Assembly: GCA_964016885.1 (NCBI GenBank)
Contig: OZ024747.1
Span: 53,444,001 to 53,508,000 of the forward strand
DNA from: Eledone cirrhosa
Taxonomy: Eukaryota
Reading direction: 5' to 3'
DNA length: 64,000 bases
A program made the translations under genes and the position numbers. The stretch's first letter is position 1, and every line of letters starts with the position of its first letter. The notes beneath the pieces are model-generated. The model was not told the origin of the DNA. It ran no database searches and saw nothing but the letters and a program-made list of their open reading frames with translations. Below are positions 13,638 to 26,813 of this stretch, one piece after another.

Positions 13638-13937
13638 GGTGGTTGTGGTGGTGGTGGTGGTAGTGGTGGTGGTGAGGATATGATGGCTGAAATTCGATTT
13701 CGAGTAATGTCATCATTTGATACTTAAGCACGAGCATCATGGACATGGCTTTTTAGTCCTAATAGGGACTTGCTTATGTCCAGCAATACCATGCATTGCA
13801 AAAATATGTCACATATCAAGCAATACCAGTGCATGAAGCTTTTTTAAGTGAGGAAATTCTTTGCATGGGGCCAATCCCACTTTCTGGACATCGAATACAT
13901 TTACCTAAAAAGTCTAACTGGTCTACATCATTGTATG

Positions 13938-14016
<79 letters not shown>

Positions 14017-14149
14017 TCACATACTCCATCATAATTCACACTGAGAATATTGTGGCATGACAACTGAATTTTGTTCCTCTTTTTAAATAAGAGGGTTTTA
14101 TATTATTCACTGTGACTAACAACTATCATTAAACTATGCCACCACTAAC

Positions 14150-14467
14150 CCAATGATATGATCCTAAACAGTGTGGGAGAAGGTTCTCTGATAGGGAGAA
14201 CCCTAGATACAAACCACCTCGTGGCCCCATTTGACAAAATGGAAAAATGTATTATTTCAGAGGATAGCAAGAAAGATACACTGAATTGCCATTCCAACAC
14301 ATGGGGCTCCTTTATTTGGGTGGCCAATTCTGCCCTTATAGCTGTAAATAGAGAGGTGGTATGGTAGGGTAAGAAGTCTTCACTAAACAAACTGATATTA
14401 CAAAAGCTTCTGAATTCCATCTCAACAGGCAATGAAACCTGGGTATGTTGCTGAATGTAGTAGGCTG
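14150..14467 (-). CDS. Candidate internal coding exon (alternative acceptor at 14341)
   Basis: tctctctccag|CA ... TTGG|gttagt. 318 nt open, phase 1-1, non-repetitive sequence. Confidence 0.3.
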
Positions 14468-14501
14468 CTGGAGAGAGATTGCTACATAAAATTATCATGG
14501 A

Positions 14502-14798
14502 CAGGGCTGGATTTAGATCTTGTGGGGCCTGGGGCATTTCATGTTTAGGGTGCCCCATCATACACAAAAGATTAGAATACACAGCAAACCCCCAATTTTA
14601 CATATCAAAGTCAGTTTGGTGCAAATAATTGGAATTGAGAAGTTATACGTACAGGTATTAAATTGAAAAACTCTAACCATCCTAAAATTAAAAAGCTCAG
14701 CACAAATAAATTGCTATGGTTGTCACTGTTTCCCTCCTTCCCCACTGCAGGGGGGCTGGGGCAATTTGCCCCTTTGCCCCTCATTAAATCTGGCCCTG
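14502..14798. mobile_element. hAT-type MITE, 297 bp
   Basis: TIRs CAGGGCTGGATTTA and TAAATCTGGCCCTG (12/14 match). Exact 8-bp TSD ATCATGGA at 14494-14501 and 14799-14806. Confidence 0.88.
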
Positions 14799-14905
14799 AT
14801 CATGGAAGGTGTTTAAATAAATATAAACAGTTTAACATAATCAACTTAGTAATACAGAACCATGAGCAGTTCCAGGCAGTTTAGTATGAAAATGGTTAAC
14901 ATATA

Positions 14906-15313
14906 TGAGAGCAATCCCAAAAGTAAGGTCTCCTTCTTATATTGCAACTTCTGATATTGCAACTTTTCCGCTAAAATCCTGTGGATGGTGCTTCAGGAAA
15001 CCTCAGGAACCAAAATGCAGAGAGCATCCAGAGTGATCCGCCGATCTTTACGCATATTTTCCTCGGAAGGAGACCTTACTTTTAGGATTGCTCTCTATAT
15101 AATAACTGCGCTAAATTCGCACTTGGCGGTAGCATTCAACGGGAGCTCCATTCTCAACGGCTGCCAAGCCAAGATTGAGCACCCCAGTGAAGCGCGCGCA
15201 TGCTTGTTTGGGAGTGAAGGAAGCACCAATCACAACAGTGTTGCCAACAGCCGTACGAACGGTTTCTCTGCGTTACCATCGCTTTGGAGACCTTACTTTT
15301 GGGATTACCCTCG
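14906..15313. mobile_element. Tc1/mariner-type MITE with an extra internal TIR
   Basis: TA-flanked TIRs (T/C)GAG(A/G)G(C/T)AATCCCAAAAGTAAGGTCTCC at 14906-14933 and 15286-15313. A third, right-facing TIR lies at 15066-15096. Confidence 0.8.
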
Positions 15314-15436
15314 TATGTTATTGTATTGCTTATTCCCACTTACAGCAGCTAACAACAACAGTATTCTACTTGAATTCTCCTCATCATATTTGTATTATAT
15401 TATATTACAAAGATACTATGAGACCATCAGACCCAC

Positions 15437-15588
15437 TGTGGTGCAGTAGTAATTGTAATGATATCCAAGCTGTGGATCATAAAATGCAAGGAACCACATA
15501 GTGTGTTGTCGTGTGCCATATACAGTTAACACAGCAGTTGAAGTTGAAGCAGGCGTCAAAGTTGCATTGATTTCAATCATATACTTTT
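15437..15588 (-). CDS. Candidate internal coding exon
   Basis: catag|AA ... ACA|gtgggt, encoding KYMIEINATLTPASTSTAVLTVYGTRQHTMWFLAFYDPQLGYHYNYYCTT. The acceptor tract is weak. Confidence 0.3.
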
Positions 15589-15591
15589 CTA

Positions 15592-15657
<66 letters not shown>

Positions 15658-16655
15658 TTTGTTTTATTTTGTGAATGTATGTGTGTGTGTGTGTGTGCAA
15701 TAATTATTATACTGGAATACAGACTGCAATGAATACAAAAAAAAAACAAAAAAACAAACAACAACTCAGAATTATAATTAGAGTAATATGAAAATGTAAT
15801 GAAGCTGAATAGAATCTGGATTACCATTACTGTAGGTTCATTGTCCAAATTATTAAAGTGAGATGAAGAACATTTCTGAAAATATTTCATATATAATATT
15901 AGGGTTGAGAAAGGTGATGGGAGAGAATCAAAAAGGAGTAAAAGAGAATATGGGAGAAGCATGTTAAGAGGAATCGACCCACAGAAACCACAGAGTAATT
16001 TGAATGCAGATTATAAAAATCTGGACCAAATACTGCAAGACATCTCAACAATTCTGCCAATCTATTGTCCTGGACTGCTACTTTGTTTTATCAACCCCAA
16101 AAGGACGAAAGGAATATTTGAACTTAGAGCAGAGAAAGGTGAAGGGAATACTAAAAAGCATTTTGTTCTATGATCAAATGGCTGCCAATTGGCTTATTAA
16201 CATATTTAAAGTAGGAAGCAATAAAAAAACAACTAATTGAGAAATAATTAAGCACTAAAAGAAAGACAATATTAATCAGTGGCTAATATCGTTTTAATTA
16301 ACTTCAACTACTTTGAAATTCCACTACAATCATTTAATTATTTTTAATAATAATATGTCAGTGTAGAGTTATGCACTCTGTCCAAGGACACAATATAATG
16401 ATGGTGGTGCTAGTATTAATGTTTGAAATAATAACTCTGTGCCAAATATTCCAAATTCTTTAATCTCACACATTTTATACCTTTTGCTCTGTTTAAATAT
16501 TCTTTTATTTTTTTACTGTTTCACTCATTAGACTGTAGCCATACTGGAGTACTTTCTTAAATAGATTTATTCAATCATATTGATACAACCCCACAAGTAC
16601 TTATATTAATATTTTTGTAGAACATCTAAGTTACAGGATATATTTAAAGACATAG

Positions 16656-16690
<35 letters not shown>

Positions 16691-16830
16691 GGATAAGAGT
16701 CAAGACCCCAACGGCTGAGCTCTGGCTGTTTTGACAGCTAGATCAGACCAACTCTACTACCCTAAGTATTGAGTATTCTGGTACGTTATGGTCCACCTGG
16801 TATCTTACCACACCCTCTTTGTTATATGTA

Positions 16831-16897
<67 letters not shown>

Positions 16898-17293
16898 GAG
16901 GCAAAAGAACGAAATGCCTGTCGATGAAGTGAGTCTCCTGTTCGATCATGGAATACCACAAGCTTACTTGTTACGTAAGTTGGGTTGATGATTTCGGATT
17001 CATAGAAACATATCGGTGGTATTGCAGAATATCGTTCAATCTGTCCAGCTCTGTTGTTTTAACCTGATTAGTTCTTTCATTGTTTTGGTATTGTATGGTT
17101 GGGTTTTTCCTACTGTAATTTTTAATTTGTCAAGCTATTTAAACGTAATGTTATTACTCTAAGGACCTACCTTTATTGAGTGCTTTGCTACTCATTCCTT
17201 ATTGTAGGTCGACTTTGCTTGGCCACAGCCAAAGCTTAGATTTTACTAAGCTTCCACTTGTATATATATATATATATGTGTGTGTGTATGTGT

Positions 17294-17335
<42 letters not shown>

Positions 17336-17408
17336 GGTGTTGGATGCTTAAAGCATCCGTATGTGGTAGGCCGTATGAGCACTTGATGCTCTCATAGAGC
17401 AGAGTATG

Positions 17409-17685
17409 ATATCACAGAAAAAAAGAGAATCAGTGTTGGGGCGAATGGAATTTATTGGACATATTACAATTGTTTCTCTGACGACCAGCTCGAGGCACGA
17501 AGCAGATTTTCCTATAGGAAAATCTGCTTTGTAGAATCAAGACGTATCTGAGGACCTTGCAATTTTCAGAGTCAGGTTTGATCATCACATCAATCGTGCC
17601 TCGAGCTGGTCGCCAGAGAAATGATTGTAATATGTCCAATAAATTCTATTCGTCGCAACACTGATTCTCTTTTTTTCTGTGATAT
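17409..17685. repeat. Inverted repeat (92-bp arms) with nested perfect 30-bp palindrome
   Basis: Arms at 17409-17500 and 17594-17685. AAGCAGATTTTCCTATAGGAAAATCTGCTT lies at 17500-17529. Confidence 0.8.
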
Positions 17686-18574
17686 ATATATATGTACATG
17701 GTGGCCTTTTGCAGATTCTGTCCACTAATTTCCATTCACAAGGCATTGGTCAACTCGAGGCTAGAAAGGTCTTATTCAAGGTACAATGCAATATGAATGA
17801 TCTCTAAATTGGAAGTGAACCCCTGAACCATGCAGCCATACCTGCACCAATATCTCTTAAATTCTACATTAATTCTCAAACAACATTCAATTTAATGTAA
17901 AGAACATTATAGTAAAATTATAAGTGTAACGAGAAAGCCACAAGTTTGGGAAAAATAAAAATTAAAACATAATGTGCATTTATAATAAATAATTGTATTA
18001 GTGTTATTATATTTAATGCAGAGAGCATTAAAATTCTAATTGCAATTAATTAAGTGGTGACAAAAAAAAAAGTACACTGTTAGTTCATTATAATTTTATT
18101 TTAATCATTTCAGAAAGTATGGGAGACAACCTCTCACATGCTTCAATCTTCTTATAACCTCGTCATATAATTGCCAAAACTTCAGGCACACACATTTTTA
18201 TATGCACATACAAATATAAATATATCTGAGAAAAGCTGAGTATAGAAGGAGTCAGATGTAGTGTAGAAGAGAGATGTTTTCACTCAGATGGTTCTGTGTT
18301 GTGTAAGGAGAGTGAGAGCTGAGCACTTGAAGGAAATAGAACCATTGGAAGAGGGAGACCAGGGAAGCAAAAGAAGTTGTAATCTCAAGAAACTGAACTT
18401 CATACAGAAGATGAGAGAGTATCATAATTACGCATCCTACAGTAGAAATACAGTGACACTAAATCTAAATATGGTGAGGTATAGAGGTTGCATTGAATAA
18501 AATGTCCTCTGTTAGTCTGCATAGGACTGGCTGATAAACAATCTAACTCAACTAAAATATGACAACTTTTCTAG

Positions 18575-19032
18575 TGCTGGAGCCATGATAAAATGCATCC
18601 AGTACACCCTGTAAAGTAGTAGTATTGGTACTATGATAAAATATACCCAGTACACCCTGTAAAGTGATAGTATTGGTGCTATGATAAAATACAGCCAGTA
18701 CACCCTGTAAAGTGGTAGTGCTGGTTCTATGATAAAATACATTCAGTAGACCCTGTAGTGATAGTATTGGTGCTATGATAAAATACACCCAGTACACCCT
18801 GTAAAGCGATAGTATTGGTGGTATGATGAAATACATCCTGCACACCCTGTAAAGAAGTAGTGCTGGTGCTATGATAAAATGCACCCAGTACACCCTGTAA
18901 AGTAGTAGTATTGGTGCTATGATAAAATACACCCAGTACACCCTGTAAAGTGGTAGTATTGGTGGTATGATAAAATACACCCAGTACACTCTGGAAAATG
19001 GCAGTATTGGTACTATTATAAAATACACCCAC
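18575..19032 (+). repeat. Minisatellite, ~46-48 bp x ~9, derived from an RTE/SINE tail unit
   Basis: Unit AGTACACCCTGTAAAGT.GTAGTATTGGTGCTATGATAAAATACACCC, followed by GAAGGGCATCCAACTGTAGAA and a (GAT) tail. Confidence 0.85.
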
Positions 19033-19652
19033 TACAGTCAGTATAGAAGTTTATGTTAAGAAGGGCATCCAACTGTAGAAGTGATGTCAAAATATTGAAT
19101 GTAGGAATAAGAAGGAATTACCTAACTGTTTTCTTTTGAACATTGATGACCCATCTAACCCAAGCCAAATGTAATACCGATGTTAAATAATGATGATGGT
19201 TATGATGATATATATATATATATGTATACATGATAGGCCTCCTCCAAGTTTCCAGGTACCAAATCTTATTCACAAAGCATTGTCCCGAGGCTATAGTTAA
19301 GGCCTCTTGTTCAAAGTGTCACATATTTGGACACAAAAAAACATTATTACAAAACTAGCTTCTTCACAATGCAACCATGTTTATGACTAATAACACTAAC
19401 GATTATGATATCATTATCATCATAATAGTAATAATAATAGATTTCTAATCTGTGTGTGTGTGGGGGGGGGGGGGGGAGTCATTTTTTCAAACCCCAGTAT
19501 TTGATTGGTACATTATTTTACCAACCCTGGAAGGATGAAATGCAAAGCTGATCTTGGAATGATTTGAACTCAGAACTTTAAAATCTGTAAGTATATGCAG
19601 CAAAACATTTTGTCCAATGCTCTTACAATTCTGCCAATGCCACACCTGATAC

Positions 19653-19697
<45 letters not shown>

Positions 19698-19699
<2 letters not shown>

Positions 19700-20087
19700 C
19701 CTGGTGGTTTTGGACAAGGGAAAAAGATTGTGCCTGATTGTGGATGTAGCCTGCCCATTCGACACGAGAGTGCAAGAGAAGGAGAGGGAGAAAATTAACT
19801 GATACCAGGTCTTAAAGTGGGAGGTAAAAAGGATTTGGAACTGCCTGAGGTCAAAGTGGTCCCGATTGTCATAGGTGCACTAGGTACTATCTCAAAGAAT
19901 TTCCAAGGATGGTTAAAGAAAATTGGTCCCGCCCTGCTTTTTGGAACACTTCAAAAGGCATGCTTGCTGGGAACAGCAAGAACCCTCCGATACGTCCTGA
20001 ATATCTGAGGCTGCAGGTAGTGGCTTGATATTCATTTCAACAAACTTTCCAGTTAAATAACATCAATGACTGAGACTCAAAGAACAA
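19698..20087 (+). mobile_element. 3' remnant of an R4/Dong-clade non-LTR retrotransposon (restriction-like endonuclease domain)
   Basis: DLVVLDKGKRLCLIVDVACPFDTRVQEKEREKIN*YQVLKWEVKRIW (frameshift) VKVVPIVIGALG...LQKACLLGTARTLRYVL. It is flanked by (TAA)n, the known Dong-type target. Confidence 0.88.
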
Positions 20088-20515
20088 TAATAATTATTTC
20101 TACTTTTGGCACAAGGCCAGCAACTATCCCAGTGCATTACTGGTACTTTATTTTATCGAGCCTGTAAGGATGAAAGGCAAAGTTAACCTTGGCGGGATTT
20201 GAACTCAGTCCGCAAAGGGACGTAGCTGTGCTGCAAAGCATGGCGTCCGACCCTCTACCCATACTGCCAATCCACAGCCTTATAATAATAATAATAATAA
20301 TGGTTTCTGATTTAGTCACAAGGCCAGCAATTTTTAGTGGAGGGGAAAGTTGATGAATTGAACCCAGTGAATTACTGGTACTTTCTTTTATCAACTCCAT
20401 AAGGATGAAAGGCAACACTAACCTCGGCAGGATTTGAACTAAGAACATAAAGGGCCATAACTCTATGCTGCAAAGCATGTTGCCTGACTCTCTACCAATA
20501 CTGCCAATCCACTAT
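20088..20515 (-). mobile_element. Two adjacent SINE family B copies (another at ~19435-19650)
   Basis: Homology to 1998-2183. Confidence 0.75.
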
Positions 20516-20576
20516 CCTAAAAATACAAAAGGCATCAGCTGGAATGCATAAAAATAAATACAGAAAATAGCACTAC

Positions 20577-21290
20577 TAGGCACTGCATACATATTGTGAT
20601 GTGTATATTCTAGGCACTGCATACATATTGTGATGTGTATTTTCTAGGCACTGCATACATATTGTGATGTGTATTTTCTAGGCACTGCATACATATTGTG
20701 ATGTGTATTTTCTAGGCACTGAATACATATTGTGATGTGTATATTCTAGGCACTGCATACATATTGTGATGTGTATTTTCTAGGCACTGAATACATATCG
20801 TGATGTGTATTTTCTAGGCACTGCATACATATTGTGATGTGTATTTTCTAGGCACTGCATACATATTGTGATGTGTATTTTCTAGGCACTGAATACATAT
20901 TGTGATGTGTATATTCTAGGCACTGCATACATATTGTGATGTGTATTTTCTAGGCACTGCATACATATTGTGATGTGTATTTTCTAGGCATTGCATACAT
21001 ATTGTGATGTGTATTTTCTAGGCACTGCATACATATTGTGATGTGTATTTTCTAGGCACTGCATACATATTGTGATGTGTATTTTCTAGGCACTGCATAC
21101 ATATTGTGATGTGTATTTTCTAGGCACTGCATACATATTGTGATGTGTATTTTCTAGGCATTGCATACATATTGTGATGTGTATTTTCTAGGCACTGCAT
21201 ACATATTGTGATGTGTATATTCTAGGCACTGCATACATATTGTGATGTGTATTTTCTAGGCACTGCATACATATTGTGATGTGTATTTTC
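20577..21290. repeat. Minisatellite, 34 bp x 21
   Basis: Unit TAGGCACTGCATACATATTGTGATGTGTATTTTC, very homogeneous. Confidence 0.95.
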
Positions 21291-21494
21291 AATAAATAGA
21301 TATGACACCAGCAAAAGAATACACATATGGAAGATGCATACAGCTGTGCTCACTAATGCAGTGACAACACGCAATGAAGATAAGACAAATGGTATTTATA
21401 ATCTAAACTATAATAAAGGAAGGACTGCGGGACTGCGTACGGTTTAATTTTTTTTTTACTCCGTTAGTAAAATAAGTTGGATTACTTTGAATAA

Positions 21495-21682
21495 ATAATT
21501 GTTTCTATTTTTGGCACAAGGCAGCAATTATCCCAGTGTATTACTGGTACTTCATTTTATCGAGCCCGTAAGGATGAAAGGCAAAGTTAACCTCGGCGGG
21601 ATTTGAACTCAGACTATAAAGGGCCGTAACTCTTTGCTGCAAAGGATGGCGTTCGACCCTCTACTGATACTGCCAATCCACA
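21495..21682 (-). mobile_element. SINE family B
   Basis: Homology to 1998-2183. Confidence 0.8.
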
Positions 21683-22620
21683 TCAATGAATATTACATAA
21701 TTTATCTACTAAATTTCATAAACAAAAATAATTTCGTAAAAATAAATAATTTAAAATTGACTTCTTTTCAAAGTTGCATTTCCAGTATACTGTTGCCACC
21801 ACCACCACTTCAACTACCATATATATAGAAAGAGAGAGTGTGTGATGTCAAAACTTCCGGTGGCGATCACTTAAATAAACATACTAATTTTCTGTCACTA
21901 ATTTTCTCCTAATACAATTTATATATAATATCGTCTTTTTTAATATATCATGGATTACGTTACTGATTACATAAGACAGTGTAACAATGTCTTCATTCAA
22001 TTTCTGTTTATATTGTCAATTACGATTTTATTTGATGTATTATATCTACATGTATATATACTTGCATATAATATCAATATACACACTACACATACTAGCA
22101 GAAAACCACAGGGTGGTTTTCTGCTAGTATTAATAATAATCATAATGATAATAATTTGAAAAAGAAAATATTTAACTAATTATACACAATTATTAATTAA
22201 TTCTAAGTTTCATTAAAATCCAGATGACAATTGGTAATTCATCTGGCATCTAGCAGAGAATTTTTGAATTTTGGATTGGTAAATGTTTCTGAACATGAGG
22301 AGAATAGTTCTTTAATGAATTGCAGCTGCACATTTAACTTGCATGGTAAAATAATTGATGGTATTACAGTTGAGAATAATCAAAGACAATTACACAAAGA
22401 TACAATGAAGAAATCTGTCAAGTAGATAGCAGACACATTTGAGGGGCAACAATTATTTCTAGGAGATGCCAAAGACATATTCTATAATGGCAGCAGAATT
22501 GTGTATTTTATTCCAATGGACTGTTACCATTGTTGTTGTTGTTGTTGCTGTTGTTGTTGTTGTTGTTATTGAGTTGTTGTTATCATTGGCATTATCATCA
22601 TCATCCTAACCACCACATGC

Positions 22621-23570
<950 letters not shown>

Positions 23571-23681
23571 TTTTTCTATTTTTTGCTGTTTATGTTGTTT
23601 TGATGTTGTTTTTATTTTATGATAAATTGTTCAATATTGTTCTTGTTGCTGCAGATGTTCTTCCAATGTTGATTATTAGCT

Positions 23682-25533
23682 CACACACATCCACACAATT
23701 ACACACACATAGACACATACATAGACACACATTCACACACATAGACACATACATAGATACACATCCACACAAACACATCAACACACATAGACACATACAT
23801 AGACACACATCCACACACATAGACACACACATAGACACATACATAGACACACATCCACATAAACACATCAACACACATAGACACATACATAGACACACAT
23901 CCACACACATAGACACATACATAGACACATATATATACACACATCCACACAAACACATCAACACACATAGACACATACATAGACACACATCAACACACAT
24001 AGACACATACATAGACACACATCAACACACATAGACACATACATAGACACACATCCACACAAACACATCAACACACATAGACACATAAATAGACACACAT
24101 CCACACACATAGACACATACATAGACACACATCAACACACATAGACACATACATAGACACACATCCACACAAACACATCAACACAAATAGACACATAAAT
24201 AGACACACATCCACACACATAGACACATAAATAGGCACACATCAACACACATAGACACATACATAGACACACATCCACACAAACACATCAACACACATAG
24301 ACACATACATAGACACACATCCACACACATAGACACATACATAGACACACATCCACATAAACACATCAACACACATAGACACATACATAGACACACATCC
24401 ACACAAACACATCAACACACATAGACACATACATAGACACACATCAACACACATAGACACATACATAGACACACATCCACACACATAATCACATACATAG
24501 ACACACATCCACACAAACACATAAACACATACATAGACACATACATAGACCCATACATAGACACACATCCACACAAACACATCAACACACATAGACACAT
24601 ACATAGACACACATCCACATACATAGACCCATACATAGACACACATCCACACAAACACATCAACACACATAGACACATACATAGACACACATCCACACAC
24701 ATAGACACATACATAGACACATACATAGACACACATCCACACACATAGACACATACATAGACACACATCCACACACATCAACACACATAGACATATACAT
24801 AGACACACATCCACACAAACACATCAACACACATAGACACATACATAGACACATAAATAGACACACATCCACACAAACACATCAACACACATAGACACAT
24901 ACATAGATACACATCCACACACATAATCACATACATAGACACACATCCACACAAACACATAAACACATACATAGACACATACATAGACACATACATAGAC
25001 ACACATCCACACAAACACATCAACACACATAGACACTTACATAGACACACATCCACACACATAGACACATACATAGACACACATCCACACACATAGACAC
25101 ATACATAGACACACATCCACACACATAGACACATACATAGACACACATCCACACAAACACATCAACACACATAGACACTTACATAGACACACATCAACAC
25201 ACATAGACACTTACATAGACACACATCCACACAAACACATAAACACATACATAGACACACATCCACACAAACACATCAACACACATAGACACATACATAG
25301 ACACACATCCACACAAACACATCAACACACATAGACACATACATAGACACATAAATAGACACACATCCACACAAACACATCAACACACATAGACACATAC
25401 ATAGACACACATCCACACACATAATCACATACATAGACACACATCCACACAAACACATAAACACATACATAGACACATACATAGACACATACATAGACAC
25501 ATACATAGACACACATCCACACAAACACACACA
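23682..25533. repeat. Complex (CA)-derived satellite
   Basis: Units ACATAGACACAT, ACATCCACAC and AAACACATCAAC. Confidence 0.9.
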
Positions 25534-25842
25534 TACTTTATCATTCAATCATGCCATGGTGAGATGCTCTTGTCATTGTTGATGTTGTTGTTGTTGTAAT
25601 TGCTGTTGTTGTTGTTGATGATGGTGTTGTCATACTTGTTGGTGTTGTTGTTACTGTTATTGTTCTTATTAATGATGGATGTTGCTGTTGTTGTCATTGT
25701 TGTTGTTACTGTTGTTGTGGTTACTGTTGTTGTGGTTGTTGTTGTTGTTGTTGTTGCCATTCTTACAGTGGGTGTTTCTCCATCTTTTATTCCCAAATAT
25801 ATCTTATTGTTTTACATGTGAAATATTTGACACCTCTATATG

Positions 25843-25873
<31 letters not shown>

Positions 25874-26084
25874 GCGTGTGTGTATATATATATGTATATA
25901 TGTGTGTATATATATATATATATGTGTGTGTATGTATATGTGTGTGTATATATATATATAAAGCGAAACCTACAGTCAGTGGGCACCTCTAACAAAATAC
26001 ACCCCCGTCCCACTACCCACGCCCCATCCACACCACCCCCTTAAATGTGAAGTTATGTTGGTACCACAACATCCAGTCCGAAAT

Positions 26085-26479
26085 AAATGAGGTCGTGTAG
26101 GTGTCATGACAAAAAAAAAAACACACAGTCCACGCTGTAATGTGGCCGTGTAGGTAACATGGTAAAAACCTCCCAGTCCACACTGTAAATGTGGTTGGTG
26201 TTAGGAAGGGCATCCAGCCGTAGAAAACCCGCCAGATGTGTAGGTGTCATGACAAAAAAACACACAGTCCATGCTGTAATGTGGTCGTGTAGGTAACACG
26301 GTAAAAATCTCCCAGTCCACACTGTAAACGTGGTTGGCGTTAGGAAGGGCATCCAGCCGTAGAAAACCCGCCAGACAGTCCTATATGAGCAGGACAACCA
26401 ATCTTGCCTCAAGTGGGAAAAGTCCCGTCCAAACCCATGCAAGCATGGAAGATGGACGTTAAACGATGATGATGATGAT

Positions 26480-26480
<1 letters not shown>
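26085..26480 (+). mobile_element. RTE-type 3' UTR fragment (related subfamily) with ~140-bp internal duplication
   Basis: Two copies of GTGTAGGTGTCATGACAAAA...GGAAGGGCATCCAGCCGTAGAAAACCCGCCAG, then CCCATGCAAGCATGGA..GGACGTTAAACGATGATG. Confidence 0.75.
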
Positions 26481-26518
<38 letters not shown>

Positions 26519-26614
26519 ATGTGTGTTTATGTGTGTATATATTTATATACACACACACATATACATATACATATATACATATATACACACACACATATAC
26601 ATATACATATATAC

Positions 26615-26648
<34 letters not shown>

Positions 26649-26813
26649 TTGACACCTCTATATGTATATATATATATATGTATATATATATATGCGTGTG
26701 TGTATATATATATGTATATATGTGTGTATATATATACACACACATATACATACACACACATATATATATATATGTGTGTATATATATATATAAAGCGTAT
26801 ATATATATATATA

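Noticed and set aside
20577-21290. CRISPR-like 34-bp repeat
   Set aside because: No spacers, no cas genes and a eukaryotic context.
21853-21860. ETS-type ACTTCCGG motif suggesting a promoter, with a possible small exon at ~21356-21404(-)
   Set aside because: A single 8-mer, and no consistent start codon or phase could be built.
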